From: a virus
Lineage: Duplodnaviria > Caudoviricetes
Length of the DNA: 29,086 bases
Reading direction: 5' to 3' (one strand)
Virus record (IMG/VR): IMGVR_UViG_3300032303_001470
Coordinates: 1 to 29,086 of that record
The notes beneath the pieces were generated by a model that was given only the letters and a program-made list of their open reading frames with translations, was not told where the DNA came from and ran no database searches. Position numbers and translations under genes: made by a program. Positions 1-7,073 of the stretch are shown here, in pieces. The first letter of the stretch is position 1. Each line of letters starts with the position of its first letter.

Positions 1-81
1 GAAGCGTATTTGGTAGAAATATTTTCTGCTCATACTTTGCGTAATAAATATCGCACAATTGCGGTGAAGGTTGGTGAGTAA
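1..81 (+). CDS. 3' end of hypothetical protein (partial)
   Basis: Frame open from window edge (EAYLVEIFSAH...VKVGE) to TAA 79-81, overlapping next ATG (TAATG). Confidence 0.6.
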   Translation, partial: EAYLVEIFSAHTLRNKYRTIAVKVGE

Positions 82-203
82 TGGGATACATAGAAATATT
101 TCGCCTTGATGAACAAGGTGCTGGGTGGGTTGATCTTTCTGAGGCTACCCCCGCAGAATTGCTTGACCTAGAAATTGGTCTATTTAATGAAGGGGCTTTG
201 TGA
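81..203 (+). CDS. small acidic hypothetical protein (40 aa), not in ORF track
   Basis: MGYIEIFRLDEQGAGWVDLSEATPAELLDLEIGLFNEGAL; TAATG coupling to upstream gene. Confidence 0.7.
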   Translation: MGYIEIFRLDEQGAGWVDLSEATPAELLDLEIGLFNEGAL

Positions 204-214
204 GATAAATCACA
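199..214. promoter_or_regulatory. CRP/GlxR-type box
   Basis: TGTGA-GATAAA-TCACA, perfect TGTGA-N6-TCACA, upstream of promoter at 243-264. Confidence 0.7.
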
Positions 215-242
215 AGGCAACACACCCCCCTAAACTGGAAAA

Positions 243-264
243 TGTCAGCGATAACTGATAGAAT
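243..264 (+). promoter_or_regulatory. promoter with PafBC-like -26 element
   Basis: TGTCAG-N10-TAGAAT; SD AGAAAGG(T) before ATG 298. Confidence 0.7.
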
Positions 265-297
265 TACAATTCAAACAATAAAGAAAGGTGGTCAGAA

Positions 298-486
298 ATG
301 ACTTACACTATAAGACTAGAAACCTACAATGGTGCTACTAAAAAAATAAACCTACCTTCTAAAGGTGCGGTTGCTCAATTCATAAACACTTACCCAAACA
401 AATTACCTGTTGGCATATCTGTTAAATTAGATTGTGACGCTTTAGGTATTCGTGGCACACTTAGAGGAAAGGCGTTGGTGAAATAA
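298..486 (+). CDS. hypothetical protein
   Basis: 62 aa ORF with SD and upstream promoter. Confidence 0.8.
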   Translation: MTYTIRLETYNGATKKINLPSKGAVAQFINTYPNKLPVGISVKLDCDALGIRGTLRGKALVK

Positions 487-635
487 TGATAAACTCCGTA
501 ATGTCTTTTGCTTGTGATGAATGTTCAGGTTCAGGTCTTATCTTTTGGGGTAATGACCTTGACTATGATGTAGAAAAATGCGAGTGTAAAGATTTTACCC
601 TTGGCACTTTATTTACTAGCGGAGAGGCTAACTAA
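486..635 (+). CDS. small Cys-rich (CxxCxGxG...CxC) protein, 49 aa, not in ORF track
   Basis: MINSVMSFACDECSGSGLIFWGNDLDYDVEKCECKDF...; TAATG overlaps at both ends; similar to 1034..1219. Confidence 0.8.
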   Translation: MINSVMSFACDECSGSGLIFWGNDLDYDVEKCECKDFTLGTLFTSGEAN

Positions 636-844
636 TGACTAGAAAAGACTATATCCAAACCGCTAATATCTTAAAAGAATTTATAGATGAAATTCCGCAA
701 ACTACTTATGAGGATTTGGTAGATCAATTTTGCCAATGGTTCAAATCAGATAACGCAAATTTTGACTACGCAAGATTTGAAAAGGCTTGCGGAATTGATG
801 AAATTGGTTTAATTCCTGTTGGCTCTGAAATGTTTAAAGTATAA
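635..844 (+). CDS. hypothetical phage protein
   Basis: 69 aa; GGAG SD; MTRKDY...F..DN.NFD..RF..AC pattern typical of small phage proteins. Confidence 0.8.
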   Translation: MTRKDYIQTANILKEFIDEIPQTTYEDLVDQFCQWFKSDNANFDYARFEKACGIDEIGLIPVGSEMFKV

Positions 845-848
845 ATAA

Positions 849-876
849 AAATCCTGGACACGATTTAAAACTGTCC
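849..876 (+). ncRNA. H-type pseudoknot motif, copy 1
   Basis: P1 AAATC/GATTT, loop CT, P2 GGACA/TGTCC, loop AAAAC. Confidence 0.75.
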
Positions 877-890
877 GAACATTTGTTCTA
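875..890. promoter_or_regulatory. LexA (SOS)-like box
   Basis: CCGAAC-ATTT-GTTCTA versus actinobacterial consensus TCGAAC-N4-GTTCGA. Confidence 0.5.
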
Positions 891-905
891 AAATCCCCCG
901 AGGCG

Positions 906-926
906 TTTTCCACAGGTTTATCCACA
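906..926 (+). promoter_or_regulatory. two tandem DnaA-like boxes
   Basis: TTTTCCACA (906-914) and perfect TTATCCACA (918-926), each followed by GG. Confidence 0.6.
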
Positions 927-935
927 GGGCGATTA

Positions 936-951
936 TGTGGTTAAGATCACA
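936..951. promoter_or_regulatory. CRP/GlxR-type box
   Basis: TGTGG-TTAAGA-TCACA (1 mismatch). Confidence 0.6.
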
Positions 952-980
952 CTCCAGATTGTCCAGATTAGGGCGTCTGA

Positions 981-1010
981 TTGGATTTTGTCAGTCCAGT
1001 ATGATAGGAT
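981..1010 (+). promoter_or_regulatory. promoter with PafBC-like -26 element
   Basis: TGTCAG(989-994)-N10-TAGGAT(1005-1010); SD GAAAGGA before ATG 1034. Confidence 0.7.
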
Positions 1011-1033
1011 AAAGATATAACGAAAGGAAACAA

Positions 1034-1219
1034 ATGGGAAAGTTTAAAAACACACTAATGGAAATACTTGCTCATGATGAGTGCTATGGAGCAGGTTGGC
1101 AATTTACAGGAAATGCGATAGACTATGATGTATGGGCGTGTGAGTGTAATCCTTACAATATCCCTGCTGATGAAATACAGGAATACCACCAATTATTCAA
1201 AACTAAGGAGAACGCATAA
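1034..1219 (+). CDS. small putative metal-binding protein, paralog of 486..635
   Basis: HDECYGAG...GN..DYDV..CEC. Confidence 0.8.
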   Translation: MGKFKNTLMEILAHDECYGAGWQFTGNAIDYDVWACECNPYNIPADEIQEYHQLFKTKENA

Positions 1220-1428
1220 TGGAATATACTTATTCACTTACTACTTCATATGACGGAAAGTTAATTCATACCCTGCGAGTTAGCGATATGCTAGAAGCAG
1301 TTAATGCTTGGACTAAATGCGTGGACTATGGAACTGCTAAGGAATACGCAACCTATAATTTGTCTGACCCAACAGGTAAAATGTATACTAAAACTTTCTT
1401 TACTAATGGAGAGGTCGTAATTAAATAA
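1219..1428 (+). CDS. hypothetical protein
   Basis: AAGGAG SD, TAATG coupling. Confidence 0.8.
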   Translation: MEYTYSLTTSYDGKLIHTLRVSDMLEAVNAWTKCVDYGTAKEYATYNLSDPTGKMYTKTFFTNGEVVIK

Positions 1429-1742
1429 TGGGAAGCATAACAGCAATAGGTTTAGCAGATACAACGCTAGACCTAGAAACGCAATTAAAGTATCACTTGC
1501 AAGGTAATCATTATCCACCAATACCAACAATAATGGTGCAACCTTGCATTGAGGCAATTGATGCTGCATATGATGAGGATTGGGATAGAAAGATTAACTT
1601 GCCTTGTGATGGTGTAGATAAAAATGGTGAGCCATTTCAAATTACTTGGAAAGGTAATGCTTGGACTACTGCCAGCATGTTAATAGATCATGCACACCTA
1701 CAATGGTTCATTGAGCCAGTAGATGAGGAAGAAAATGATTGA
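1428..1742 (+). CDS. hypothetical phage protein
   Basis: 104 aa, coupled; HL..NHYPP motif. Confidence 0.8.
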   Translation: MGSITAIGLADTTLDLETQLKYHLQGNHYPPIPTIMVQPCIEAIDAAYDEDWDRKINLPCDGVDKNGEPFQITWKGNAWTTASMLIDHAHLQWFIEPVDEEEND

Positions 1743-1974
1743 TCTAGAAAATGATGATACTATTGCTCTTATGGATTACTATAAAGTTGATATATTAACT
1801 GCGGGACAGTTAATGGTTGACGATTGTATTCTAGTTGCTGATGAGGTTGTGTCTATTGTAGATATAGTTTCACTACGTGATGGATACACTTTAGAAATTG
1901 TAAATGATTTTGGTGAAAGAGAAATAATTGAAGTTGGCGAATACGACCAATTTGATTTAATGATGTTGCAGTAA
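1735..1974 (+). CDS. acidic hypothetical protein
   Basis: ORF 1723..1974; ATG 1735 preferred because GAGGA precedes it. Confidence 0.7.
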   Translation: MIDLENDDTIALMDYYKVDILTAGQLMVDDCILVADEVVSIVDIVSLRDGYTLEIVNDFGEREIIEVGEYDQFDLMMLQ

Positions 1975-2022
1975 AAAGCGGGGGCTCGGGCAATTTGTCC
2001 GATTTGTACTAATTAAGGCGAC

Positions 2023-2051
2023 TTGATATTTTTCCCATATTCTGCTAGAAT
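2023..2051 (+). promoter_or_regulatory. SigA-type promoter, leaderless transcript
   Basis: TTGATA-17-TAGAAT with extended TG; ATG 6 nt downstream. Confidence 0.75.
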
Positions 2052-2057
2052 TTTTAT

Positions 2058-2786
2058 ATGACTACACCACAGTTAAAAAGATCGTTTGACAGAAAGGTTG
2101 CTAATCTTGTCACAAAAAATGGAAAGCAAGCCGCTATGGCAAATACTTTTGGATTACCTGCTGGTAAAGAATTCTCATGTCCTGGTGCCACTAGCGTCTG
2201 CGAAAGCGTCTGCTACGCAGGAAAACTTGAAAAGTTATTCAAAGGAGTAAAGGCTAACCTTTTACACAATTGGGAATTATTAAAAGACGCTGATGAACCT
2301 ACTATGGTTGATCTATTAGAGAACATGATTGCTGATTTTAAAAAAGATTGTGAAAAGAAAAATGCTCCCTTACTATTCCGTATTCATTGGGACGGTGATT
2401 TCTTTAGTGATACTTACACTAGAGCATGGCAATATATCATCCTTAATAATACAGATATAAAATTTTGGGTATACACTAGAGTACACTCTGCAGCGGTAAT
2501 GCTTAAGGGTATACCTAATCTATCTTTATACTATTCCACAGATAGTGAGAATAAGGAGATAGGTGTTAGTTTAAAGAAAGATCATGGCATACGCCTTGCA
2601 TACCTTGCAAAGAATTTTGCTATAGGTCAAGCAGATATGAAAGAGTTATTTAATAAACCTGGCGCTAAGTGTCCTGAAAACTTAAAGGCAATTCCGCTTA
2701 TCTCATCTAGTGGCTCCGCTTGTGTTTCATGCGGATTATGTGTATACTCTAAGAGCGATATAGTTTTTTCATCATCTAAAAAATAG
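2058..2786 (+). CDS. gp88-family phage protein, putative Fe-S/radical-SAM-like
   Basis: CPGAT..C...CYA, RIHWDGDF, WVYTR and C-terminal CP...C..C..C motifs. Confidence 0.75.
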   Translation: MTTPQLKRSFDRKVANLVTKNGKQAAMANTFGLPAGKEFSCPGATSVCESVCYAGKLEKLFKGVKANLLHNWELLKDADEPTMVDLLENMIADFKKDCEKKNAPLLFRIHWDGDFFSDTYTRAWQYIILNNTDIKFWVYTRVHSAAVMLKGIPNLSLYYSTDSENKEIGVSLKKDHGIRLAYLAKNFAIGQADMKELFNKPGAKCPENLKAIPLISSSGSACVSCGLCVYSKSDIVFSSSKK

Positions 2787-2796
2787 GGGGTAGTGT

Positions 2797-2862
2797 TTGG
2801 AAGTCTTAATAGTATTATCAGTTATATTCGCCTATCTATTGTTCGCTGGCATGGGGCACTAA
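2797..2862 (+). CDS. 21-aa hydrophobic peptide, not in ORF track
   Basis: TTG start after GGGGG; MEVLIVLSVIFAYLLFAGMGH. Confidence 0.45.
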   Translation: MEVLIVLSVIFAYLLFAGMGH

Positions 2863-2892
2863 ATGTCCGTTTTGTCCGTTTTTGTATTGTAA

Positions 2893-2933
2893 TGTGAGAT
2901 ACATCACTAGTATTACATCTCAAAATATGAGAT
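2893..2933. promoter_or_regulatory. CRP-type box plus second palindrome
   Basis: TGTGA-GATACA-TCACT (2893-2908); ATCTCA-N5-TGAGAT (2917-2933). Confidence 0.6.
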
Positions 2934-3012
2934 TATCAGAAATATAATTTGTATTTTTGAGCAAAAAATGTTAGACTTATACAGTAAGCCAAACCAACAG
3001 AAAGGGACACAA

Positions 3013-3177
3013 ATGTCCGTAGCAAACGCAACATACAAAGTAGGCGACACCTACACATCACAAAAATCAAAGGTAGTAGGAACTATTACCGAAATTGTGC
3101 CAACTAACAAGAACACAGTTAGAGTTAAGTTAGATGTTAATGGCGCAACTCGCTGGACAACTTGGACAGCAAAGTAA
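3013..3177 (+). CDS. small basic beta-rich (SH3/KOW-like) protein
   Basis: ATG 3013 follows SD AGAAAGGG; ATG 2968 lies inside the promoter -10 (TGTTAGACT). Confidence 0.8.
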   Translation: MSVANATYKVGDTYTSQKSKVVGTITEIVPTNKNTVRVKLDVNGATRWTTWTAK

Positions 3178-3196
3178 TCTTAGCCTAGTGGCTAAA

Positions 3197-3222
3197 GTCC
3201 TGAGCATGACGAGAAACTGCTC
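3197..3222 (+). ncRNA. H-type pseudoknot motif, copy 2
   Basis: P1 GTC/GAC, CT, P2 GAGCA/TGCTC, loop GAGAAAC; preceded by hairpin TTAGCC/GGCTAA (3180-3195). Confidence 0.7.
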
Positions 3223-3270
3223 AACTTAATACCCCCATCAAACCCATCAACAGATAAGGAAACCATCACA

Positions 3271-3693
3271 ATGGCAAGAAGCAAACCCATCAGCGTTAAA
3301 ATCGCTACTGCTAAGGTTATCACCGCCTTAGAAAATAGGTTAGCAGAACTAGAGGCTAACTATAAAACACAAGACGAGAACGAAGCAAAGTTCCAAACCG
3401 CAATAGAGGCTTGGAAAAAAGAACTATTTGCTTTTGCTATCGCTAATGTTTCTAAGGCTGAAAACCTACGCACCAACTATCGTCAATGGTCTAGCAACCT
3501 TAATGTTGATTTTGATTTAACAGTTAAGGAAGGCGAGTTCCCTGCTGAACCTCAAAGAGCGTTTGAGCAACTTCATCAGCACACTTATCGTGAGCAGAAA
3601 GATGAAATGGAAAATGCTATCCGTATCCTTAAAATGACAGATGAGGAAACAGTTAGCACTAGCACATATAACGCTATTGCTCGTTATCTTTAA
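3271..3693 (+). CDS. hypothetical phage protein (coiled-coil rich)
   Basis: 140 aa, TAAGGA SD. Confidence 0.85.
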   Translation: MARSKPISVKIATAKVITALENRLAELEANYKTQDENEAKFQTAIEAWKKELFAFAIANVSKAENLRTNYRQWSSNLNVDFDLTVKEGEFPAEPQRAFEQLHQHTYREQKDEMENAIRILKMTDEETVSTSTYNAIARYL

Positions 3694-3786
3694 TTAGATA
3701 ATTAGGTGGGGAAGGGTATTTGACTTCCCCCCTAAAAAATGTTAGACTAAGTAAGTAAGCAACCACCACAACAGAAAAGGAAAATC

Positions 3787-3957
3787 ATGACACTAGGCGG
3801 ATACACATATCAAATTGGTGATTTATTCACCACTAGTAAAACAGGCGTAACTGGTAGAATTGTAAAGTTCTCACCAATTAACTCTAAACTTACTAGAGTA
3901 TCTCTACAATTAGCAAATGGCGCACAACGCCTTGCTATGGTAAGCACAACTAAATAA
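3787..3957 (+). CDS. 56-aa paralog of 3013..3177, not in ORF track
   Basis: MTLGGYTYQIGDLFTTSKTGVTGRIVKFSPINSKLTRVSLQLANGAQRLAMVSTTK; same promoter/leader as paralog. Confidence 0.85.
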   Translation: MTLGGYTYQIGDLFTTSKTGVTGRIVKFSPINSKLTRVSLQLANGAQRLAMVSTTK

Positions 3958-4006
3958 TTTATCTCTGATAAGCACTTGGCTTAATTGCTAAGTTATTCCT
4001 GAGATA

Positions 4007-4035
4007 AGATTCCTGAGTAAGAATCTAAACTGCTC
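4007..4035 (+). ncRNA. H-type pseudoknot motif, copy 3
   Basis: P1 AGATTC/GAATCT, CT, P2 GAGTA/TGCTC (one G-U), loop AAAC; preceded by long hairpin 3959-4007. Confidence 0.75.
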
Positions 4036-4072
4036 ACTTTTTAATTGCCCTGCAAAAATCCCCCGAGGGGCG

Positions 4073-4104
4073 TGTGATCTAAATCATATCTCATTATGTG
4101 AGAC
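4073..4104. promoter_or_regulatory. CRP-type box plus second palindrome
   Basis: TGTGA-TCTAAA-TCATA (4073-4088); ATCTCA-N5-TGAGAC (4088-4104). Confidence 0.55.
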
Positions 4105-4174
4105 TAATTAAGAACGGCATTTGCATTTCCACAATCTTGATGATATTATTGTATTAACAGAAAAGGAACCCCTA

Positions 4175-4642
4175 ATGAGCGAAATACTAACACAGGAGCA
4201 GTTAACTGTTTCTTATAACCCTAACCTACTAGTTACGTACAAGTATGTTCCAGAAACCTATGCAGCGCCAGAGTCACCTACATTCATGACTGATAAGGTT
4301 ACTGACATTGAGTGGCAATTGCATAAGTCACGAGAGTATGCAGCAAGGGCTGCAGAGAGACGCAGTGACATTGCATGGCTTGAAGATCAGATTGCTGAAT
4401 GGTATGATCCTAACTATTCTAAAGAAGATGTTTTAAAAGCGCTAGCAGAGCACTTTGATATCAATCCTACTAAACAGATTGAAGTTCAAGGTACTGTTTC
4501 ATTCAGTGGAACAATTAATGTTCCAGTGTCTGAATTGGATGACTTTGATCTAAGTAATGTAACAATTGATGTTGATTTGAATTCATATGAGTATGACGCA
4601 GATCTTAATGTAGACGAAGTGTCTCTAGAAGACCACTACTAA
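4175..4642 (+). CDS. acidic hypothetical phage protein
   Basis: ATG 4175 after AAAGGA; TTG 4121 is the promoter -35 (TTGCAT). Confidence 0.8.
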   Translation: MSEILTQEQLTVSYNPNLLVTYKYVPETYAAPESPTFMTDKVTDIEWQLHKSREYAARAAERRSDIAWLEDQIAEWYDPNYSKEDVLKALAEHFDINPTKQIEVQGTVSFSGTINVPVSELDDFDLSNVTIDVDLNSYEYDADLNVDEVSLEDHY

Positions 4643-4665
4643 ATTTGATAGGGGGCTATCAAAAC

Positions 4666-4692
4666 GGACCTGAGCACGTCCTAAAAAGGCTC
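4666..4692 (+). ncRNA. H-type pseudoknot motif, copy 4
   Basis: P1 GGAC/GTCC, CT, P2 GAGC/GCTC, loop TAAAAA; preceded by hairpin TTTGATAG/CTATCAAA (4644-4663). Confidence 0.7.
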
Positions 4693-4774
4693 CACCTCTT
4701 TGCAACCAACTCGGGCTATCCGAAATGTCCGATTTGTACCATTTAAGAAGATTAAGCCTTTTTCCCAATCCTAG

Positions 4775-4803
4775 TTGACATTGTCTGCCATGACTGCTAA
4801 ACT
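4775..4803 (+). promoter_or_regulatory. SigA promoter with additional -26-like element
   Basis: TTGACA-17-TAAACT, extended TG, and TGTCTG(4782-4787)-N10-TAAACT. Confidence 0.8.
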
Positions 4804-4829
4804 TAATTAAAACAACCGAAAGGATAAAA

Positions 4830-5846
4830 ATGGCTCATGATTTAGAAACTCAAAATGGTGTTGCATCTTTTGCATCATTTAGAGAGCCTGCATGGCATAA
4901 TCTTGGTACCGTATTTGATACTGAGAAAAATACAAGTGAAATGCTTGTTGCTGCTAATCTTAATAATTGGAATGTTAGACTAGATGAATTAACAATTCCA
5001 TCTAACATGACATCTGACAAAAACTACCAATATGTAGTTCGCACAAATCCTACTGACAAATCTCAAACTGATGTTTTGGGAATTGTTGGTGAGCGCTATG
5101 TTCCATTACAAAATGAAGAGTTATTTGCTTTTGGCGATAACATTCTTGATGGTGGTGGGCGTTGGGAAACTGCTGGCTCAATTAGTGGTGGGCGTGTAGT
5201 ATTTGGCTCTCTTGCATTAGAGCGTGAAACTGTGTTAGACCCTAATGGTGTTGCAGATGTTGTAAAGACTTATTTACTCATCAACACATCACATGATGGT
5301 TCTATTGCAATTCAAGCAAGCATAACACCTGTTCGTGTTGTGTGCGCTAACACTCTTAATGTTGCACTTAATCGTACACGCAAGAAAGATGGCGTCAAGC
5401 AATCTTTCAAAATCCGTCATACCCAAACTGCTCAAGGTAAAGTTGCCGTTGCTCGCCAAACACTAGGCATGGCTAACTCTTACATGGATCAATTTGACAA
5501 GATGGCACATGCAATGATTGCTAAAGAAATCTCAGCACAAGATTTTAATAACATTATTCTTGCTGCTTACCCTAAGCCAGAAACTGATTCTAAGGGTTCT
5601 GTAAAGAAATGGGAAAACAAGGTAGATATTATTAACGATATTTACACTGGTGAGTTTAACGGAATGATTGCTGGTAATGCGTGGGGAGCATTTAACGCTC
5701 TTACTGAACGCCTTGATTGGTACCGTACTGCTCGCACTGGTAATGGTGAAAGCATGTTTGCTGCTGCTTCTGGATTTGACCCTGCAACTAACGCAGAGAA
5801 AAATCGTTTGCTAACTGTTGTGCAAAATACTTTGCAACTAGTTTAG
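4830..5846 (+). CDS. DUF932 family phage/plasmid-like protein
   Basis: MAH..E, R..AWH.LG, LG.VG.RY..LQN, ETAG...GG, SHDGS, TPVRVVC.N, HT motifs. Confidence 0.85.
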   Translation: MAHDLETQNGVASFASFREPAWHNLGTVFDTEKNTSEMLVAANLNNWNVRLDELTIPSNMTSDKNYQYVVRTNPTDKSQTDVLGIVGERYVPLQNEELFAFGDNILDGGGRWETAGSISGGRVVFGSLALERETVLDPNGVADVVKTYLLINTSHDGSIAIQASITPVRVVCANTLNVALNRTRKKDGVKQSFKIRHTQTAQGKVAVARQTLGMANSYMDQFDKMAHAMIAKEISAQDFNNIILAAYPKPETDSKGSVKKWENKVDIINDIYTGEFNGMIAGNAWGAFNALTERLDWYRTARTGNGESMFAAASGFDPATNAEKNRLLTVVQNTLQLV

Positions 5847-5850
5847 TAAA

Positions 5851-5879
5851 AAAATCCTGAGCATGATTTTAAACTGCTC
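5851..5879 (+). ncRNA. H-type pseudoknot motif, copy 5
   Basis: P1 AAAATC/GATTTT, CT, P2 GAGCA/TGCTC, loop AAAC; ends 4 nt before tRNA-Asp. Confidence 0.8.
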
Positions 5880-5883
5880 TACT

Positions 5884-5957
5884 GGTCCCATAGATCAATT
5901 GGTTAGATCGTTACCCTGTCACGGTAAAGGCTACGGGTTCAAGTCCCGTTGGGATCG
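5884..5957 (+). tRNA. tRNA-Asp(GTC)
   Basis: Acceptor GGTCCCA/TGGGATC, anticodon arm TTACC-CTGTCAC-GGTAA, T-loop GTTCAAG; CCA not encoded. Confidence 0.95.
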
Positions 5958-6094
5958 CAAGGGCCCGAGTATAACATTTTTGTTATAATTGTATTACGTT
6001 GACATAACATTTTTCCCATTTTCTCATTACGGATAGTTGACTTTTTTCCCATTTTGTAGGATAATTAATTCATAACCACACATTGGGAGGATTA

Positions 6095-6271
6095 ATGTTA
6101 GGATATACATATAAAGATATACAGGCCTTTGGTAATAGTTTAACTTGGGCTATTGATACCGCCAAATCTCAAGGGGATGAACAAAACTATAAACAATTAC
6201 TAATAGTATGGGACTTCTTTGAAGGTTTGTTAGCAGAAGGTTACATAGATGAGAACACATACTATGGATAA
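6095..6271 (+). CDS. hypothetical protein
   Basis: ATG 6095 after GGAGG; promoter TTGACT...GATAAT upstream. Confidence 0.75.
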   Translation: MLGYTYKDIQAFGNSLTWAIDTAKSQGDEQNYKQLLIVWDFFEGLLAEGYIDENTYYG

Positions 6272-6461
6272 TTTTATTAAAAACTATATTGAATATATGA
6301 AGATTCATTTAATTAGTCTTGAACAAGATAGATTAAACACAGACTATAGATTCTCTGCTAATGAATGCTATGAACTAAATGGGCAGATAAAAGCAACCGA
6401 ACACCTGTTGTCAGTGGCTAACGATATACTGAATAACGATATTCAAGGAAAGGGGTATTAG
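6249..6461 (+). CDS. hypothetical protein
   Basis: Overlapping ORF in operon; start could be ATG 6264. Confidence 0.7.
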   Translation: MRTHTMDNFIKNYIEYMKIHLISLEQDRLNTDYRFSANECYELNGQIKATEHLLSVANDILNNDIQGKGY

Positions 6462-6703
6462 TGAGTGACAAGTATCCATTAATCCCTGAGTATCTAACTA
6501 AAGGGCTAGAGGACACATCTATCCCCCTCATTGACCTAATGCATGGTTATCTTAAGAATGAGATGTTGGACATGGAAGGACTCCTTGACGGAGACAACGA
6601 TGACCGATTCTTGCAAGGATATATGCAGGCATTGACAAACTGCTACTGCATGACCTATAATCTATCTATAGACCGCAAAAGAATAGAGGAGGCCCATGAA
6701 TGA
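6461..6703 (+). CDS. hypothetical protein
   Basis: GTG start with AAGGGG; internal TGTCAG-N10-TATACT promoter at 6409-6430. Confidence 0.75.
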   Translation: MSDKYPLIPEYLTKGLEDTSIPLIDLMHGYLKNEMLDMEGLLDGDNDDRFLQGYMQALTNCYCMTYNLSIDRKRIEEAHE

Positions 6704-7073
6704 CCTTATAGAACTTATAGAGCAAGAATGGTTTAATAAATTTATTCCTATGTTAAGCGATAGCAATAGCGATAACAATTTTGCCCTTTTTGATTTATTT
6801 GACGGTAATAATAAGTTTATGCTTGAATCATACCCTAAAGAAATAGATATGATTAAATCTGGGGTTAACGAGTATATTTGGACTGTTAAAAAAGATGATA
6901 GCGGTGATTATTATATAGTTAATGGACATTCTGATACTGATAGGATTGGTTACTTTATTGCTACTGTTCCTTTTGATCAACAATTAAACTATAAAATAAA
7001 AATAATATCAGATATTGAGACATTAAAAAAATTAGGACTGAGGGAAGTTTTATCAAAAGAAGGAGACCAATGA
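6696..7073 (+). CDS. hypothetical protein, tandem paralog of 7070..7528
   Basis: MNDLIEL.E.EWF..F.P, IWT, RIGYFI..VPFD shared. Confidence 0.85.
   Translation: MNDLIELIEQEWFNKFIPMLSDSNSDNNFALFDLFDGNNKFMLESYPKEIDMIKSGVNEYIWTVKKDDSGDYYIVNGHSDTDRIGYFIATVPFDQQLNYKIKIISDIETLKKLGLREVLSKEGDQ

Noticed and set aside
842-876. Stop-codon readthrough or frameshift pseudoknot
   Set aside because: Distance from stops varies widely among copies, three have an intervening hairpin, and no consistent extended ORF follows
1511-1519. DnaA-like TTATCCACC
   Set aside because: Single, imperfect and explained by the HYPP codons
1291-1569. - strand 92-aa ORF
   Set aside because: Shadow of coupled + strand genes
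3197-3222. Hammerhead ribozyme reading of CTGAG...GAAAC
   Set aside because: Core needs CUGANGA; copies read CTGAGCA or CTGGACA, GAAA is absent in most, and pairing fits a pseudoknot
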